Source of the DNA: an uncultured Chitinophaga sp.
GTDB lineage: Bacteria; Bacteroidota; Bacteroidia; 2-12-FULL-35-15
Direction: 5' to 3'
NCBI GenBank assembly: GCA_964549315.1
Contig: CAZJUY010000007.1
Coordinates: forward strand, 37,567 to 101,566
Length of the DNA stretch: 64,000 nt
The position numbers were made by a program, and so were the translations under genes. How positions within the stretch are numbered: position 1 is the first letter of the stretch; each line of letters opens with the position of its first letter. Under the pieces are notes generated by a model. That model was not told the origin of the DNA. It did not search any database and saw nothing but the letters and a program-made list of their open reading frames with translations. This document shows positions 1 through 9,265 of the stretch, piece after piece.

Positions 1-1352
1 ATGTCTCCATCATTTGCGTAAGAGCATGCTGTTTTTATTGCTTCGTGTCTATCAGCAATAGAAATTGTTTTTTTAAAATTTACCGCATCCACACCTGCTT
101 GCATTTCTTTTAATATTGCGTTTGGGTCTTCGCTTCTTGGATTGTCTGAAGTAAGAATTACTTTTGTACTTAAGTCACATGCAATTTTTGCCATTATTGG
201 TCTTTTTGCTGCATCTCTATCTCCCCCACAACCAACTACTGTTATTACTTTTTCATTTCCAGTACGTATGTCATTTATTGTTTTTAAAACATTTTGTAAA
301 GCATCTGGAGTGTGTGCATAATCTACAATTCCTATTACACCATTATTATTTCTGATGTATTGAAATCTTCCTTCAACTGATCCAAGTGTACTGATAGTAG
401 TTAATACATTGGTTTTATCTTCTTTTAATAAAATGGCGGTAGCATATACAGCTAATAAGTTATAAGCATTAAAACTTCCAATTAGTTTGCTCCACAAATC
501 GTTGTTATCAATATTTAAGTGTAAACCGCTGAATTGATTTTCTACTACTTTGCATTTAAAATCAGCCATAGAACGAAGCGAGTAAGTGCGTTTTAGTGCT
601 TTGGTATTTTGCAGCATCACTTCTCCATTTACATCATCTTTATTTGTTAAAGCAAATGCATTTGCACTTAAGCTATCAAAGAATTTCTTTTTTGCTTTTA
701 GATATTCATCAAATGTTTTATGATAATCTAAATGATCGTGAGTGATATTAGTAAATACAGCACCAGCGAACTGGATACCATTAATTCTATTTTGTACAAC
801 GGCATGAGAACTCACTTCCATAAAACAATGAGTGCAACCCTTTTCAATCATTTGATGCAACAAAGCGTTTAGTTGAATTGCATCAGGGGTAGTATGCGTT
901 GCAGCTATTACATCATTATTAATTTGGTTTTTTACAGTTGATAATAGCCCAGTTTTGTAGCCCAGTTTTTTAAATAAGTTAAAAAGCAAAGTAACTGTTG
1001 TTGTTTTTCCATTTGTTCCGGTAACACCAACTAGTTTAATTTTTTCTGAAGGATTATCATAAAAATTAGCAGCAATAATTCCTAAAGCAATACTTGAATC
1101 GTTAACTTTTATATATGCAATTTTTTCATTTAAAGTTTCAGGTATTTCATCACACACAATAGCAATTGCGCCTTTTGAAATGGTGTCATTTATATATTTG
1201 TGCCCATCACTTTGAGTTCCTTTAATAGCAATAAACAAACTGTCTTTTTCAATTTTTCTGGAATCAAAACTTAATGAGGTGATTGCAATGTTGGTAGAAC
1301 CAATTACTTCTACAATTCCCGCTTTATATAATATGTCTTTTAATAATTTCAT
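1..1352 (-). CDS. murE: UDP-N-acetylmuramoyl-L-alanyl-D-glutamate--2,6-diaminopimelate ligase, 3' end runs off the window
   Basis: Not in the ORF track; translated by hand from ATG at 1352 (MKLLKDILYKAG...), which overlaps the ftsI stop (TAATG). Motifs GVTGTNGKTT, MEVSSH, DYAHTPD, GCGGDRD and DNPR (meso-DAP specificity). Confidence 0.96.
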   Translation of the reverse strand, partial: MKLLKDILYKAGIVEVIGSTNIAITSLSFDSRKIEKDSLFIAIKGTQSDGHKYINDTISKGAIAIVCDEIPETLNEKIAYIKVNDSSIALGIIAANFYDNPSEKIKLVGVTGTNGKTTTVTLLFNLFKKLGYKTGLLSTVKNQINNDVIAATHTTPDAIQLNALLHQMIEKGCTHCFMEVSSHAVVQNRINGIQFAGAVFTNITHDHLDYHKTFDEYLKAKKKFFDSLSANAFALTNKDDVNGEVMLQNTKALKRTYSLRSMADFKCKVVENQFSGLHLNIDNNDLWSKLIGSFNAYNLLAVYATAILLKEDKTNVLTTISTLGSVEGRFQYIRNNNGVIGIVDYAHTPDALQNVLKTINDIRTGNEKVITVVGCGGDRDAAKRPIMAKIACDLSTKVILTSDNPRSEDPNAILKEMQAGVDAVNFKKTISIADRHEAIKTACSYANDGD

Positions 1353-3472
1353 TAAATCAATTCAAGTATTATTGATGTTCCTTTTTTAAATGGCTCTCCT
1401 GGTGCTATGGATTGTTTTGCAACACTTCCACTGCCAATTATTTTTACATGGATGCCATTGTTTTCTAATAAATAAAAAGCATCTCTAGCAGTCATTCCAA
1501 CCAGGTTTGGAACAATTCCTTTTTTAAAATTTTCTTGCAAATTTTTTGCTGTTAGTTTTATAGAAGTAGAATCAACAACTGAAGCACTCACGTATTCTGA
1601 ATTTGAATCAGAAGGGCTTACTTTTACTTTTAAAGCATTTAAAACGTATGCTACTTCATCTGAAGAACCAGTTTTTGTAACAGGAATTTTTGCAGCAAAC
1701 ATTTCTTCCGAAGAATTTATTTCTTTATGAATTTCCAAACTGGTTGAGTAAACTTTATCTGCTACATCTTTAAATACTGGACCTGCTACAGCACCACCAT
1801 AGTAAGAATCTCCTGTTGGTGCACTAATAACAACTATACAAGAATATTTTGGGTTGTCGGCAGGGAAATAACCTACAAAAGAAGCTTGGTAAGTCATTTT
1901 TCCATTCACCATTCCCATTTGTGCAGTTCCTGTTTTTCCTGCAATTTGATAATCAGCTGCACGTAAGCTTTTTGCTGTGCCATTCAGTACAACACCCTCC
2001 ATCATTGTTTTTGCTTTTTCAATTGTTGCTTCAGAACATATTGAGGGATTGATTACTTCTGTTTCAAACACTTTTGTTGTTTTTCCTCTTTTGCGAACCT
2101 CTTTCACAAAAATGGGTTTTACCATTTTTCCGTTGTTTGCAACAGCATTGTAGAAAGCCAAAATTTGTAATGGAGTTATTCTTGACTCATAGCCATAGCT
2201 AATCCAAGGCAAAGAAATTTTTGACCAAGTTTTATCACTTGTATTTTTTAGGTATGGATCTGCTTCTCCTGGAATGCTTATTCCCAAAGCATTTCCAAGC
2301 CCCATGTTGTGCAATCTATCAATATACTTTTGTGGATTTTTTGAATAATATTTTGTAATAATTTTTGTAACACCAACATTAGATGATTCTTCAAAAACTC
2401 GTTGAACATTTACTTTGCTTTCTTTTGGAGGATGGGAATCACGTACTTTAGAGCCATAATATTCGCATTCTCCATTTCCAATATCTACTACTTCGTTTAG
2501 TGAAACATTAAAATCTTCCATTGCAGCAATTAGAGAGGGAAGTTTAAATGTAGATCCAGGCACAGTTGCTACACCAACTGCATAATTTAAGTTTTCAAAA
2601 TAAATAGAAGTGTCTTTCTTATTACGTGTTAGATTCGCAATAGCCTTTACTTCACCTGTTTTTACTTCCATTAAAACCAAACATCCATGACTTGCACCAT
2701 GTTTTTTCAAACAATTCAGTAATGAATTTTCCGCTACATCTTGTACATTAATATCAATTGTTGATACGATGTCCGAACCATCTTGTGGCTCAATTTCATT
2801 ATCTGTTTCTATTGGTCTCCAAACACCTCCAGCAATTCTTTGCATAACTCGGTGTCCATTAACACCTTGCAGATAGTCATTATAGGCAACTTCTAATCCA
2901 TAGGATTTTCCTGTTCCATTTTCATTTAATTTTCCAATAGTACGTGCAGCTAAAAATTGAAATGGGCGTTCACGTTTGTTTGTTTGTAGATAAACAAATC
3001 CTCCTCTGTTTTTTCCTCTTCTTAAAAGAGGAAATTTTTTCATTTTTTGTAAATCTGGATATGAAACATTTTTTTGTAGGACTAACCATCTATCTCCTTC
3101 TGCTCTTGCTTTTCTGAGCATACGTTTATATTCTTTTGCAGTTTTGTCATTAAATAAATTAGACAAGCAAATAGCTAATGAGTCAACATGCTTCTCAAAT
3201 ATTTCATTTGTAATTGGTTCTGTGTTTACATCAATTCCTGTTTCATAATAGGGTAGAGAAGTTGCCAATAAGCTGCCATTTGCATCATAAATATTTCCTC
3301 TTACAGCTTCAATATCAAAAAATCGAGTTGAAAAGCTTTCTGCTTTTGCTCTCCATTCATCCCCTTCAGAAAATTGTATGATTGCGACTTTGGAAATAAT
3401 AGCGACACCAAGAAGGCATATAATAAAATATATGAGATATACACGCCACAGTATGTCTTTTTTAATTTCCAA
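1352..3472 (-). CDS. ftsI: Class B penicillin-binding protein (FtsI/PBP3) with C-terminal PASTA domain
   Basis: N-terminal TM helix; SxxK (GSTFK), SxN (SSN) and KTG (KTGT) motifs; PASTA-like tail VPNLVGMTARDA; position in dcw cluster; TTG start. Confidence 0.93.
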   Translation of the reverse strand: MEIKKDILWRVYLIYFIICLLGVAIISKVAIIQFSEGDEWRAKAESFSTRFFDIEAVRGNIYDANGSLLATSLPYYETGIDVNTEPITNEIFEKHVDSLAICLSNLFNDKTAKEYKRMLRKARAEGDRWLVLQKNVSYPDLQKMKKFPLLRRGKNRGGFVYLQTNKRERPFQFLAARTIGKLNENGTGKSYGLEVAYNDYLQGVNGHRVMQRIAGGVWRPIETDNEIEPQDGSDIVSTIDINVQDVAENSLLNCLKKHGASHGCLVLMEVKTGEVKAIANLTRNKKDTSIYFENLNYAVGVATVPGSTFKLPSLIAAMEDFNVSLNEVVDIGNGECEYYGSKVRDSHPPKESKVNVQRVFEESSNVGVTKIITKYYSKNPQKYIDRLHNMGLGNALGISIPGEADPYLKNTSDKTWSKISLPWISYGYESRITPLQILAFYNAVANNGKMVKPIFVKEVRKRGKTTKVFETEVINPSICSEATIEKAKTMMEGVVLNGTAKSLRAADYQIAGKTGTAQMGMVNGKMTYQASFVGYFPADNPKYSCIVVISAPTGDSYYGGAVAGPVFKDVADKVYSTSLEIHKEINSSEEMFAAKIPVTKTGSSDEVAYVLNALKVKVSPSDSNSEYVSASVVDSTSIKLTAKNLQENFKKGIVPNLVGMTARDAFYLLENNGIHVKIIGSGSVAKQSIAPGEPFKKGTSIILELI

Positions 3473-3477
3473 TTAAC

Positions 3478-3888
3478 TTAATCCGCTTTAGTTGTTGTTT
3501 GTTTGTTTATTACTATTTTTTTAGGAGGAACAACGCTTTCCTTTATACCTGTTTGCAATTTTGCCAATGCTTTTGCAACTTCTGTTTGTTTGCTTTTTAC
3601 AACTAGCGAATCTTTTACAACTATGTACTGTGTTCTTAATTCTTTTATTTCATTTGTTAATCTGTTTAATTTTCTAACTTGATCGTCTGCATAATACCCG
3701 TTTGCTATGTAGCAGATAGCCAAAAACGAAAGAAAAAAAATGAATGGTAAATGTTTTATTGTTGTTTGCTTTGACAAAAAACTACCACTTACAACATTTG
3801 CAACAGAACGCACCATTTTATTGTCCTTTGCAGGATTATCCTTTTTGGATTCTTCAACTTTTGGTTTTTCCTTAAACTTGTTTGTCAT
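3478..3888 (-). CDS. ftsL: FtsL-like cell division protein
   Basis: Single TM helix followed by a coiled coil; lies between rsmH and ftsI. Confidence 0.8.
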   Translation of the reverse strand: MTNKFKEKPKVEESKKDNPAKDNKMVRSVANVVSGSFLSKQTTIKHLPFIFFLSFLAICYIANGYYADDQVRKLNRLTNEIKELRTQYIVVKDSLVVKSKQTEVAKALAKLQTGIKESVVPPKKIVINKQTTTKAD

Positions 3889-4784
3889 TATAATTTTTCT
3901 GCTACTCTTAATTTTGCACTTCTTGCTCTATTGTTTTGCTCTATTTCTTGTTCTGTTGGAACAATTGGTTTTCTTGTTATTTGTTTGAATGGTGTTAGTT
4001 GGTTTCCATAAAAATCTTTTTCCACTTCTCCTTCAAATTTTCCACTTCTCATAAATTTTTTTACTAACCTATCTTCTAATGAGTGATAAGACATCACTAC
4101 TAATCTTCCGTTTGGTTTTAAAACATCTAAACTTTGTGTCAACAATTCTTGCAGCGCATCTAGTTCTTTATTTACTTCTATTCTCAAAGCTTGAAACACT
4201 TGTGCGTAGTACTGATTTTCTTTTCCTTTTCTTACACATTTTGTAATCGCAGCTTTTAAATCGTCTACCGTTTCAATTTTTTTTTCTTTTCGTGTATGAA
4301 AGATTATTGATGCCAGATAACCAGCATTATTTACTTCTCCATATAGTTTAAAAACACGTTTTAACTCTTCTTCGCTGTAAGTGTTTAAAATATCAGCAGC
4401 AGTTAGGTTGCTATTTCTATCCATTCTCATATCCAACTTTGCATTAAATCGAATTGAAAATCCTCTTTCTGCTTCGTCAAATTGATGAGATGAAACACCT
4501 AAATCTGCTAGTAGCCCATCAATTGGAAGTGCGTTGTACAGTTTTAAAAAATTTTTCAAAAACCTGAAATTTTGTTTTATCAAAACAAATTTTGGGTCAT
4601 CAATTTTGTTTTTTACTGCATCATCATCTTGATCAAAAGCAAATAATTTTCCTGTAGTTAAATGCTTTAATATTTCTTTTGAATGACCACCACCACCAAA
4701 TGTTACATCCACATAAATACCTTCTGGGTTGATGTTTAAACCGTCTATACACTCTTTTAAAAGAACTGGGTTGTGATATTCCAT
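3888..4784 (-). CDS. rsmH: 16S rRNA (cytosine1402-N4)-methyltransferase
   Basis: H.PVLL.E, DVTFGGGGHS, DLGVSSHQ, FQALRIEVN, SYHSLEDR and SAKLR motifs; dcw context. Confidence 0.97.
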   Translation of the reverse strand: MEYHNPVLLKECIDGLNINPEGIYVDVTFGGGGHSKEILKHLTTGKLFAFDQDDDAVKNKIDDPKFVLIKQNFRFLKNFLKLYNALPIDGLLADLGVSSHQFDEAERGFSIRFNAKLDMRMDRNSNLTAADILNTYSEEELKRVFKLYGEVNNAGYLASIIFHTRKEKKIETVDDLKAAITKCVRKGKENQYYAQVFQALRIEVNKELDALQELLTQSLDVLKPNGRLVVMSYHSLEDRLVKKFMRSGKFEGEVEKDFYGNQLTPFKQITRKPIVPTEQEIEQNNRARSAKLRVAEKL

Positions 4785-5251
4785 TACTCGCTTGGTGTTG
4801 GATTTATTCCACCCATAACATCTTCAGCAAGTTTTTCGAAATTGCTGGTGCCTTCATTGATAAATTTCTCATAGGATTTTTTATCCCATATTTCAATTCT
4901 ATCTCCAGCAGCAGCCATTACCACATTTTTATTAATTCCTGAGAACGACATCATATCTTTTGAAATCAACAATCGTCCTGTACTATCTAATTCTACTGGT
5001 ATCACACCGTAGTTGAACATTCTGATGAATTCCACATTTTTTTTCACAAACTTGTTTAGCTTGTTTACTTCCTTCACCATCTCATTCCATGTAGCCATTG
5101 GATAAAGCTCAAGCGACTTGCTAAATATGCTTCGCTTCATTACAAAGCCCGCATCAAGCACACTGGTAAGCTGTTTTTTGAATGCAACAGGCAGCATTAC
5201 ACGACCTTTCGCATCAGCATTACATTCATATACTCCAAATAGGCTATTCAT
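4784..5251 (-). CDS. mraZ: Division/cell wall cluster transcriptional repressor MraZ
   Basis: Two AbrB-like repeats (DAKGRVMLP, LDSTGRLLI). Likely start is ATG at 5251; the ORF-track extension to 5296 runs into the repeat boxes. Confidence 0.93.
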   Translation of the reverse strand: MNSLFGVYECNADAKGRVMLPVAFKKQLTSVLDAGFVMKRSIFSKSLELYPMATWNEMVKEVNKLNKFVKKNVEFIRMFNYGVIPVELDSTGRLLISKDMMSFSGINKNVVMAAAGDRIEIWDKKSYEKFINEGTSNFEKLAEDVMGGINPTPSE

Positions 5252-5290
5252 AGTGGTTTTAGCTTTGTGGCGTAAAAATAAAGAAAATTT

Positions 5291-5320
5291 TACCACTTTT
5301 TACCACTTTTTACCACTTTT
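5291..5320 (-). promoter_or_regulatory. Three perfect 10-bp direct repeats (AAAAGTGGTA on minus strand), MraZ binding boxes
   Basis: TACCACTTTT x3 on plus strand, about 40 bp upstream of the mraZ ATG; GTGG cores one helical turn apart, as in known MraZ operators. Confidence 0.85.
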
Positions 5321-5513
5321 GTTGAAAACTTTTGGTTTTGAACATATTTAAAAGCTTTTTTATTGATTATATAAATCGACTATAATGCCAATAAAATTGA
5401 TATTTGTAAGAGTTTTTGTACTTGTAAAATATGCTTCTTATTAGCTTCCCAATTTCTAATAAGTTTAGCTTTTAGGTAAAAAATCAAATTTTCAGTAAAA
5501 TGAAATAGAAAAG

Positions 5514-5521
5514 TATCTTTG
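5514..5521 (+). promoter_or_regulatory. Bacteroidota housekeeping sigma -7 box TATCTTTG upstream of pabB
   Basis: Matches TAnnTTTG; 3 nt before ATG 5525. Confidence 0.6.
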
Positions 5522-5524
5522 TCT

Positions 5525-6823
5525 ATGCTTCAAAAAGTATTACTAGAAAAAAAGTACAACGCAGTCAATGTCAATATTGAAGCACTTGATAGCCATTTTG
5601 ATACAGTATGTATTTTTGATTCTAATAATTCAAGTAATGTTTCCCAGGCGAATAATTATTCTAAATTAATAGCCATTGGTGCTGTTCGTGAGTTGATGTT
5701 GAACTCTAAAAAGGATAGCTTGAAACAATTACAAGCATTTATTGATTTCAAAAAATCCTGGTCATTTGGCTTCCTTTCTTACGATTTAAAAAATGAAATA
5801 GAAAATTTGAAGTCTGAAAATGATGATGGGCTTAATTTTCCATTGTTGCATTTTTTTGAACCAAAATTTATAGTAGAAATTTTTAAAGAAAAAATTGAAA
5901 TAAATTTTGACGATTCAATTGTCAATAATATTGAGTTGGATAATCTAAAAACAATTTTGTTTTCTGATAAAAAGAAAAATGATTCTTTGAATAGTTCAAT
6001 CCAATTGAATGAAAAGATAAACAAGTCAGGGTATATCGATGCAGTTAATGGTTTAAAAAAGCATATTGCTCTTGGTGATATATATGAAGTGAATTTTTGT
6101 AAGGAATTTTTTTCTTCTGATGCAGGTATTTTTCCAATCGCAGTTTACGAAAGGCTAAATAATATTTCAGCAGCACCATTTGCTTCTTTTTGTAAATTCA
6201 AAAATCATTACTTGCTCTCATCAAGCCCCGAACGTTTTATCCAAAAAAATGATAAAAAATTAATTTCTCAACCAATCAAAGGAACAGCAAAACGTTCAAT
6301 TGATAAAGAAGAAGATGATAATATAAAAAACGTGTTGAAGAATAATTTAAAAGAGCAAACAGAGAATGTAATGATTGTTGATTTGGTTCGAAATGATTTA
6401 TCAAAGCTTGCAAAAAAAGGAAGTGTATGTGTAGATGAATTATTTGGTGTACATAGTTTTAAGCAAGTGCATCAAATGATTTCTACCATAAGTTGTGAGC
6501 TGAAAAACGATTTAAAATTTACAGAAATTATTGCGGCAACATTTCCAATGGGTTCAATGACGGGTGCTCCAAAAGTAAGTGCAATGAAATTAATTGAACA
6601 GTTCGAAAAAACAAAAAGAGGACTGTACTCAGGTTCGGTTGGGTATATCAAACCTAATGGAGATTTTGATTTTAATGTAGTAATAAGGAGTATTTTGTAT
6701 AATAAGGAAAATAAATATTTATCATTTATGGTAGGCAGTGCAATTACTTCAAATGCAGATGCAGAACAAGAATATGAGGAGTGTATGTTAAAAGCAAAAG
6801 CAATGTTTGAAGTGTTGAAATAA
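5525..6823 (+). CDS. pabB: Aminodeoxychorismate synthase component I (chorismate-binding MST family)
   Basis: GDIYEVNF, SSSPERF, PIKGT, ENVMIVDLVRND, FPMGSMTGAPK, YSGSVG, NVVIRS motifs. ATG 5525 preferred over the ORF-track TTG at 5519. Confidence 0.85.
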   Translation: MLQKVLLEKKYNAVNVNIEALDSHFDTVCIFDSNNSSNVSQANNYSKLIAIGAVRELMLNSKKDSLKQLQAFIDFKKSWSFGFLSYDLKNEIENLKSENDDGLNFPLLHFFEPKFIVEIFKEKIEINFDDSIVNNIELDNLKTILFSDKKKNDSLNSSIQLNEKINKSGYIDAVNGLKKHIALGDIYEVNFCKEFFSSDAGIFPIAVYERLNNISAAPFASFCKFKNHYLLSSSPERFIQKNDKKLISQPIKGTAKRSIDKEEDDNIKNVLKNNLKEQTENVMIVDLVRNDLSKLAKKGSVCVDELFGVHSFKQVHQMISTISCELKNDLKFTEIIAATFPMGSMTGAPKVSAMKLIEQFEKTKRGLYSGSVGYIKPNGDFDFNVVIRSILYNKENKYLSFMVGSAITSNADAEQEYEECMLKAKAMFEVLK

Positions 6824-6841
6824 TACGAGTGCCTAAATTAA

Positions 6842-6849
6842 TATCTTTG
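6842..6849 (+). promoter_or_regulatory. -7 box TATCTTTG upstream of tilS
   Basis: Matches TAnnTTTG; 3 nt before ATG 6853. Confidence 0.55.
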
Positions 6850-6852
6850 TTT

Positions 6853-8184
6853 ATGCTTGAGTCATTTTTAAAATATATAAAAGAACAGAAACTGATTGAT
6901 CCCTCTGACAAAATTTTGTTGGCTGTTAGTGGAGGCGTTGATTCTGTTGTTTTGTGCAAACTACTCCATCAGGCAAAAATAAAATTTGCAATTGCTCATT
7001 GCAATTTTACTTTGAGAGGAGAAGAAAGCGATGAGGATGAATTATTTGTTGAAGGGTTAGCAGAACAATACAATGTTGCATTTCATTCAATTTCATTCGA
7101 TACGAATAGTTTTGCAAAAAAAAATAAATTATCTGTTCAAGTTGCAGCTCGTGAATTACGTTATAAGTGGTTTGATGAAATAAAAACTCAATTTAATTTT
7201 ACTTTAATTGCAACGGCTCATCATCAAGACGATTCCATCGAAACATTTTTTATTAACCTATTAAGAGGCTCAGGAATTAGAGGTTTGCATGGTATTTTAC
7301 CAAAACAAGGCGATATTATTCGACCGCTGTTGTTTGTGAATAAAGTAGAAATTGAAACATTTGCAAAAAAAAATAAACTTAAATTCAGACGAGATAGTAG
7401 CAATAATACGGATAAGTATTTACGAAATAAAATCCGTCATAAGCTAATTCCGTTGTTAAACACAATTAACCCAAGTGCAAACAAAAATATTGCTGATACA
7501 ATTGAAAACTTGAGAGAAGTAGAAGCTATTTATTTAAAGTCAATTGAAAAAAAGAAATTAAAGATTGTAGAAGAGAAAAATGGTTTAGTAAAAATTAGTA
7601 TTAAAGAACTTGAGAAGCTAAAACCCCTTTCTGCGTATTTGTTTGAATACCTTTATCCTCTTGGGTTTAATTCAAAAATGATTGATGATATTTTAGAATC
7701 ACTAAACTCAGAATCAGGTAAACAATTTTTTTCTGGAACTCATCGACTTATAAAGGATAGAAATTATTTAATCATTAGCACTAATGAAAAAATAATTGAT
7801 TCAAAAAATATAAATATTATCGTAAGTCAGAAAGAAATAAAAGTAGGCTCTAATAAGATTGTTTTTAAAAAAATGCTGCATTCAAAAAAAGTCGATTTAA
7901 AAGTATCTAAAGATATTGCTCAGATTGATTTTGAAAAACTGAAGTTTCCGCTTCAATTGAGAAAGTGGGAGCATGGAGATACTTTCCATCCAATCGGAAT
8001 GAAAGGTAAAAAGAAGTTAAGTGATTTTTTTATTGATCAAAAATTTAGTTTAATTGAGAAGGAAAACACAATGGTATTAATATCAGACAATAAAATAGTT
8101 TGGATTGTGGGACATAGAATAGATGATAGATTTAAAATCACTGACAAAACAAAACAAATATATTTTGCCAATTTGCTCAAGTAG
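6853..8184 (+). CDS. tilS: tRNA(Ile)-lysidine synthetase
   Basis: PP-loop AVSGGVDS, AARELRY, TAHHQDD, RPLL, D.SN...Y.RN.IR, C-terminal TilS_C (GMKGKKKLSDFFID). ATG 6853 preferred over GTG 6829. Confidence 0.95.
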   Translation: MLESFLKYIKEQKLIDPSDKILLAVSGGVDSVVLCKLLHQAKIKFAIAHCNFTLRGEESDEDELFVEGLAEQYNVAFHSISFDTNSFAKKNKLSVQVAARELRYKWFDEIKTQFNFTLIATAHHQDDSIETFFINLLRGSGIRGLHGILPKQGDIIRPLLFVNKVEIETFAKKNKLKFRRDSSNNTDKYLRNKIRHKLIPLLNTINPSANKNIADTIENLREVEAIYLKSIEKKKLKIVEEKNGLVKISIKELEKLKPLSAYLFEYLYPLGFNSKMIDDILESLNSESGKQFFSGTHRLIKDRNYLIISTNEKIIDSKNINIIVSQKEIKVGSNKIVFKKMLHSKKVDLKVSKDIAQIDFEKLKFPLQLRKWEHGDTFHPIGMKGKKKLSDFFIDQKFSLIEKENTMVLISDNKIVWIVGHRIDDRFKITDKTKQIYFANLLK

Positions 8185-8220
8185 ATTAACTTTGTAGATA
8201 TTAGAAATTCAAAGGATTTA

Positions 8221-8751
8221 ATGCAGAACAACTTACTTTTTGAAGAAAAACAATATTTAGGCTATAATAAATGGTCGATACTTTGGCGTACCGTTTTGGC
8301 TTTGTTCTGTTTTACTCTTTATTATTGGAGCGAAAATCCAAAGGCGGTTGATGTTGCAGTTATTTCAATCCCCAATTCACCCGTTGATGAAGATTCTGGA
8401 CAGCTGTTTTTTTTAATGGGTATTATTTTAATGCTACTTTCTTTAATCTTGATTTTTGTGTTGCATTTACACACAAAAGTAGATGGCAATAATCTGATAG
8501 TTGATGGCTTATGGACATCTCGAAAAGTAAAAATCGACTTAACGAATATAGTTGAAGTAAAAAAGGTTAAGTACAGTAAGTATTTACTTAATCGTCCTGT
8601 CTATAATCTTCATTTCAAAAATCGTATTCGTTTTTTTACCCAAGGAAATGATGCTGTAGAACTTACAGATAAGGAAGGGTTAAAATACAGAATAGGCACT
8701 CAAAAACAGGAAGATTTATATCAAATCCTTTCAGCAGCCATTTCAAAATAA
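8221..8751 (+). CDS. Membrane protein with two TM helices and a bacterial PH-like C-terminal domain (DUF6141-like)
   Basis: Two hydrophobic segments, then L.TKVD...L.V and G..AVEL....G.KY.IGTQK.E.L pattern; family call from memory. Confidence 0.5.
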   Translation: MQNNLLFEEKQYLGYNKWSILWRTVLALFCFTLYYWSENPKAVDVAVISIPNSPVDEDSGQLFFLMGIILMLLSLILIFVLHLHTKVDGNNLIVDGLWTSRKVKIDLTNIVEVKKVKYSKYLLNRPVYNLHFKNRIRFFTQGNDAVELTDKEGLKYRIGTQKQEDLYQILSAAISK

Positions 8752-8779
8752 AGGAATTTCAAAAGAATTCGATTTTACT

Positions 8780-8808
8780 GTAACGATTCCTTATCTCCAA
8801 ACGTACAA
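8780..8808 (+). promoter_or_regulatory. Putative ECF sigma promoter (GTAAC-N17-CGTACAA)
   Basis: AAC/CGT bipartite motif at canonical ECF spacing; AAACGTACAA recurs at 18191-18200 with the same spacing. Confidence 0.5.
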
Positions 8809-8854
8809 GAACTTGCTTTTGTTTTTTTAATACTCACCACTTAAATTATTTACC

Positions 8855-9154
8855 ATGACTAATGCTACTACAAACACGATGAAGCCGGTAAAAATTGAAA
8901 AGGAAAAAATCGCAGGTTTAACCTTTCCTGATACCGAAGTTTTGACATCCTCAGATGCAAAAAAAATAAGAATGGCTGGTTTGGATCGAGCCATGAAACT
9001 TGGTAATATTGAACACAATAAAATAAAGATTTTGTTTGAAGACAATGAAGGTTTAAAGCAGGTAGAAACTACCGTTTGGGCGGTTACAGATAATCGAATA
9101 ATTTTGAAGCAAGGAGTAACTATACCTATCAATAGGATTCATGAGGTGGTTTAA
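8855..9154 (+). CDS. Conserved hypothetical small protein (99 aa)
   Basis: Clean ORF with its own promoter-like motif and a strong terminator; natural composition; beta-rich C-terminal half. Confidence 0.8.
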   Translation: MTNATTNTMKPVKIEKEKIAGLTFPDTEVLTSSDAKKIRMAGLDRAMKLGNIEHNKIKILFEDNEGLKQVETTVWAVTDNRIILKQGVTIPINRIHEVV

Positions 9155-9186
9155 CAACTATTAACATCAATTACTAATAATATATT

Positions 9187-9219
9187 AAAAACAACCCTGA
9201 TTATTCAGGGTTGTTTTTT
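9187..9219. terminator. Intrinsic terminator hairpin
   Basis: AAAAACAACCCTGA-ttat-TCAGGGTTGTTTTT, followed by a T-rich run. Confidence 0.9.
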
Positions 9220-9265
9220 ATTTTTACGAGAGATTAAAACATAATATTCATAACTCCTATATTAT

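Noticed and set aside
5291-5320. Three 10-bp repeats as a mini-CRISPR or VNTR
   Set aside because: No spacers and no cas genes; position and GTGG core fit MraZ operator boxes.
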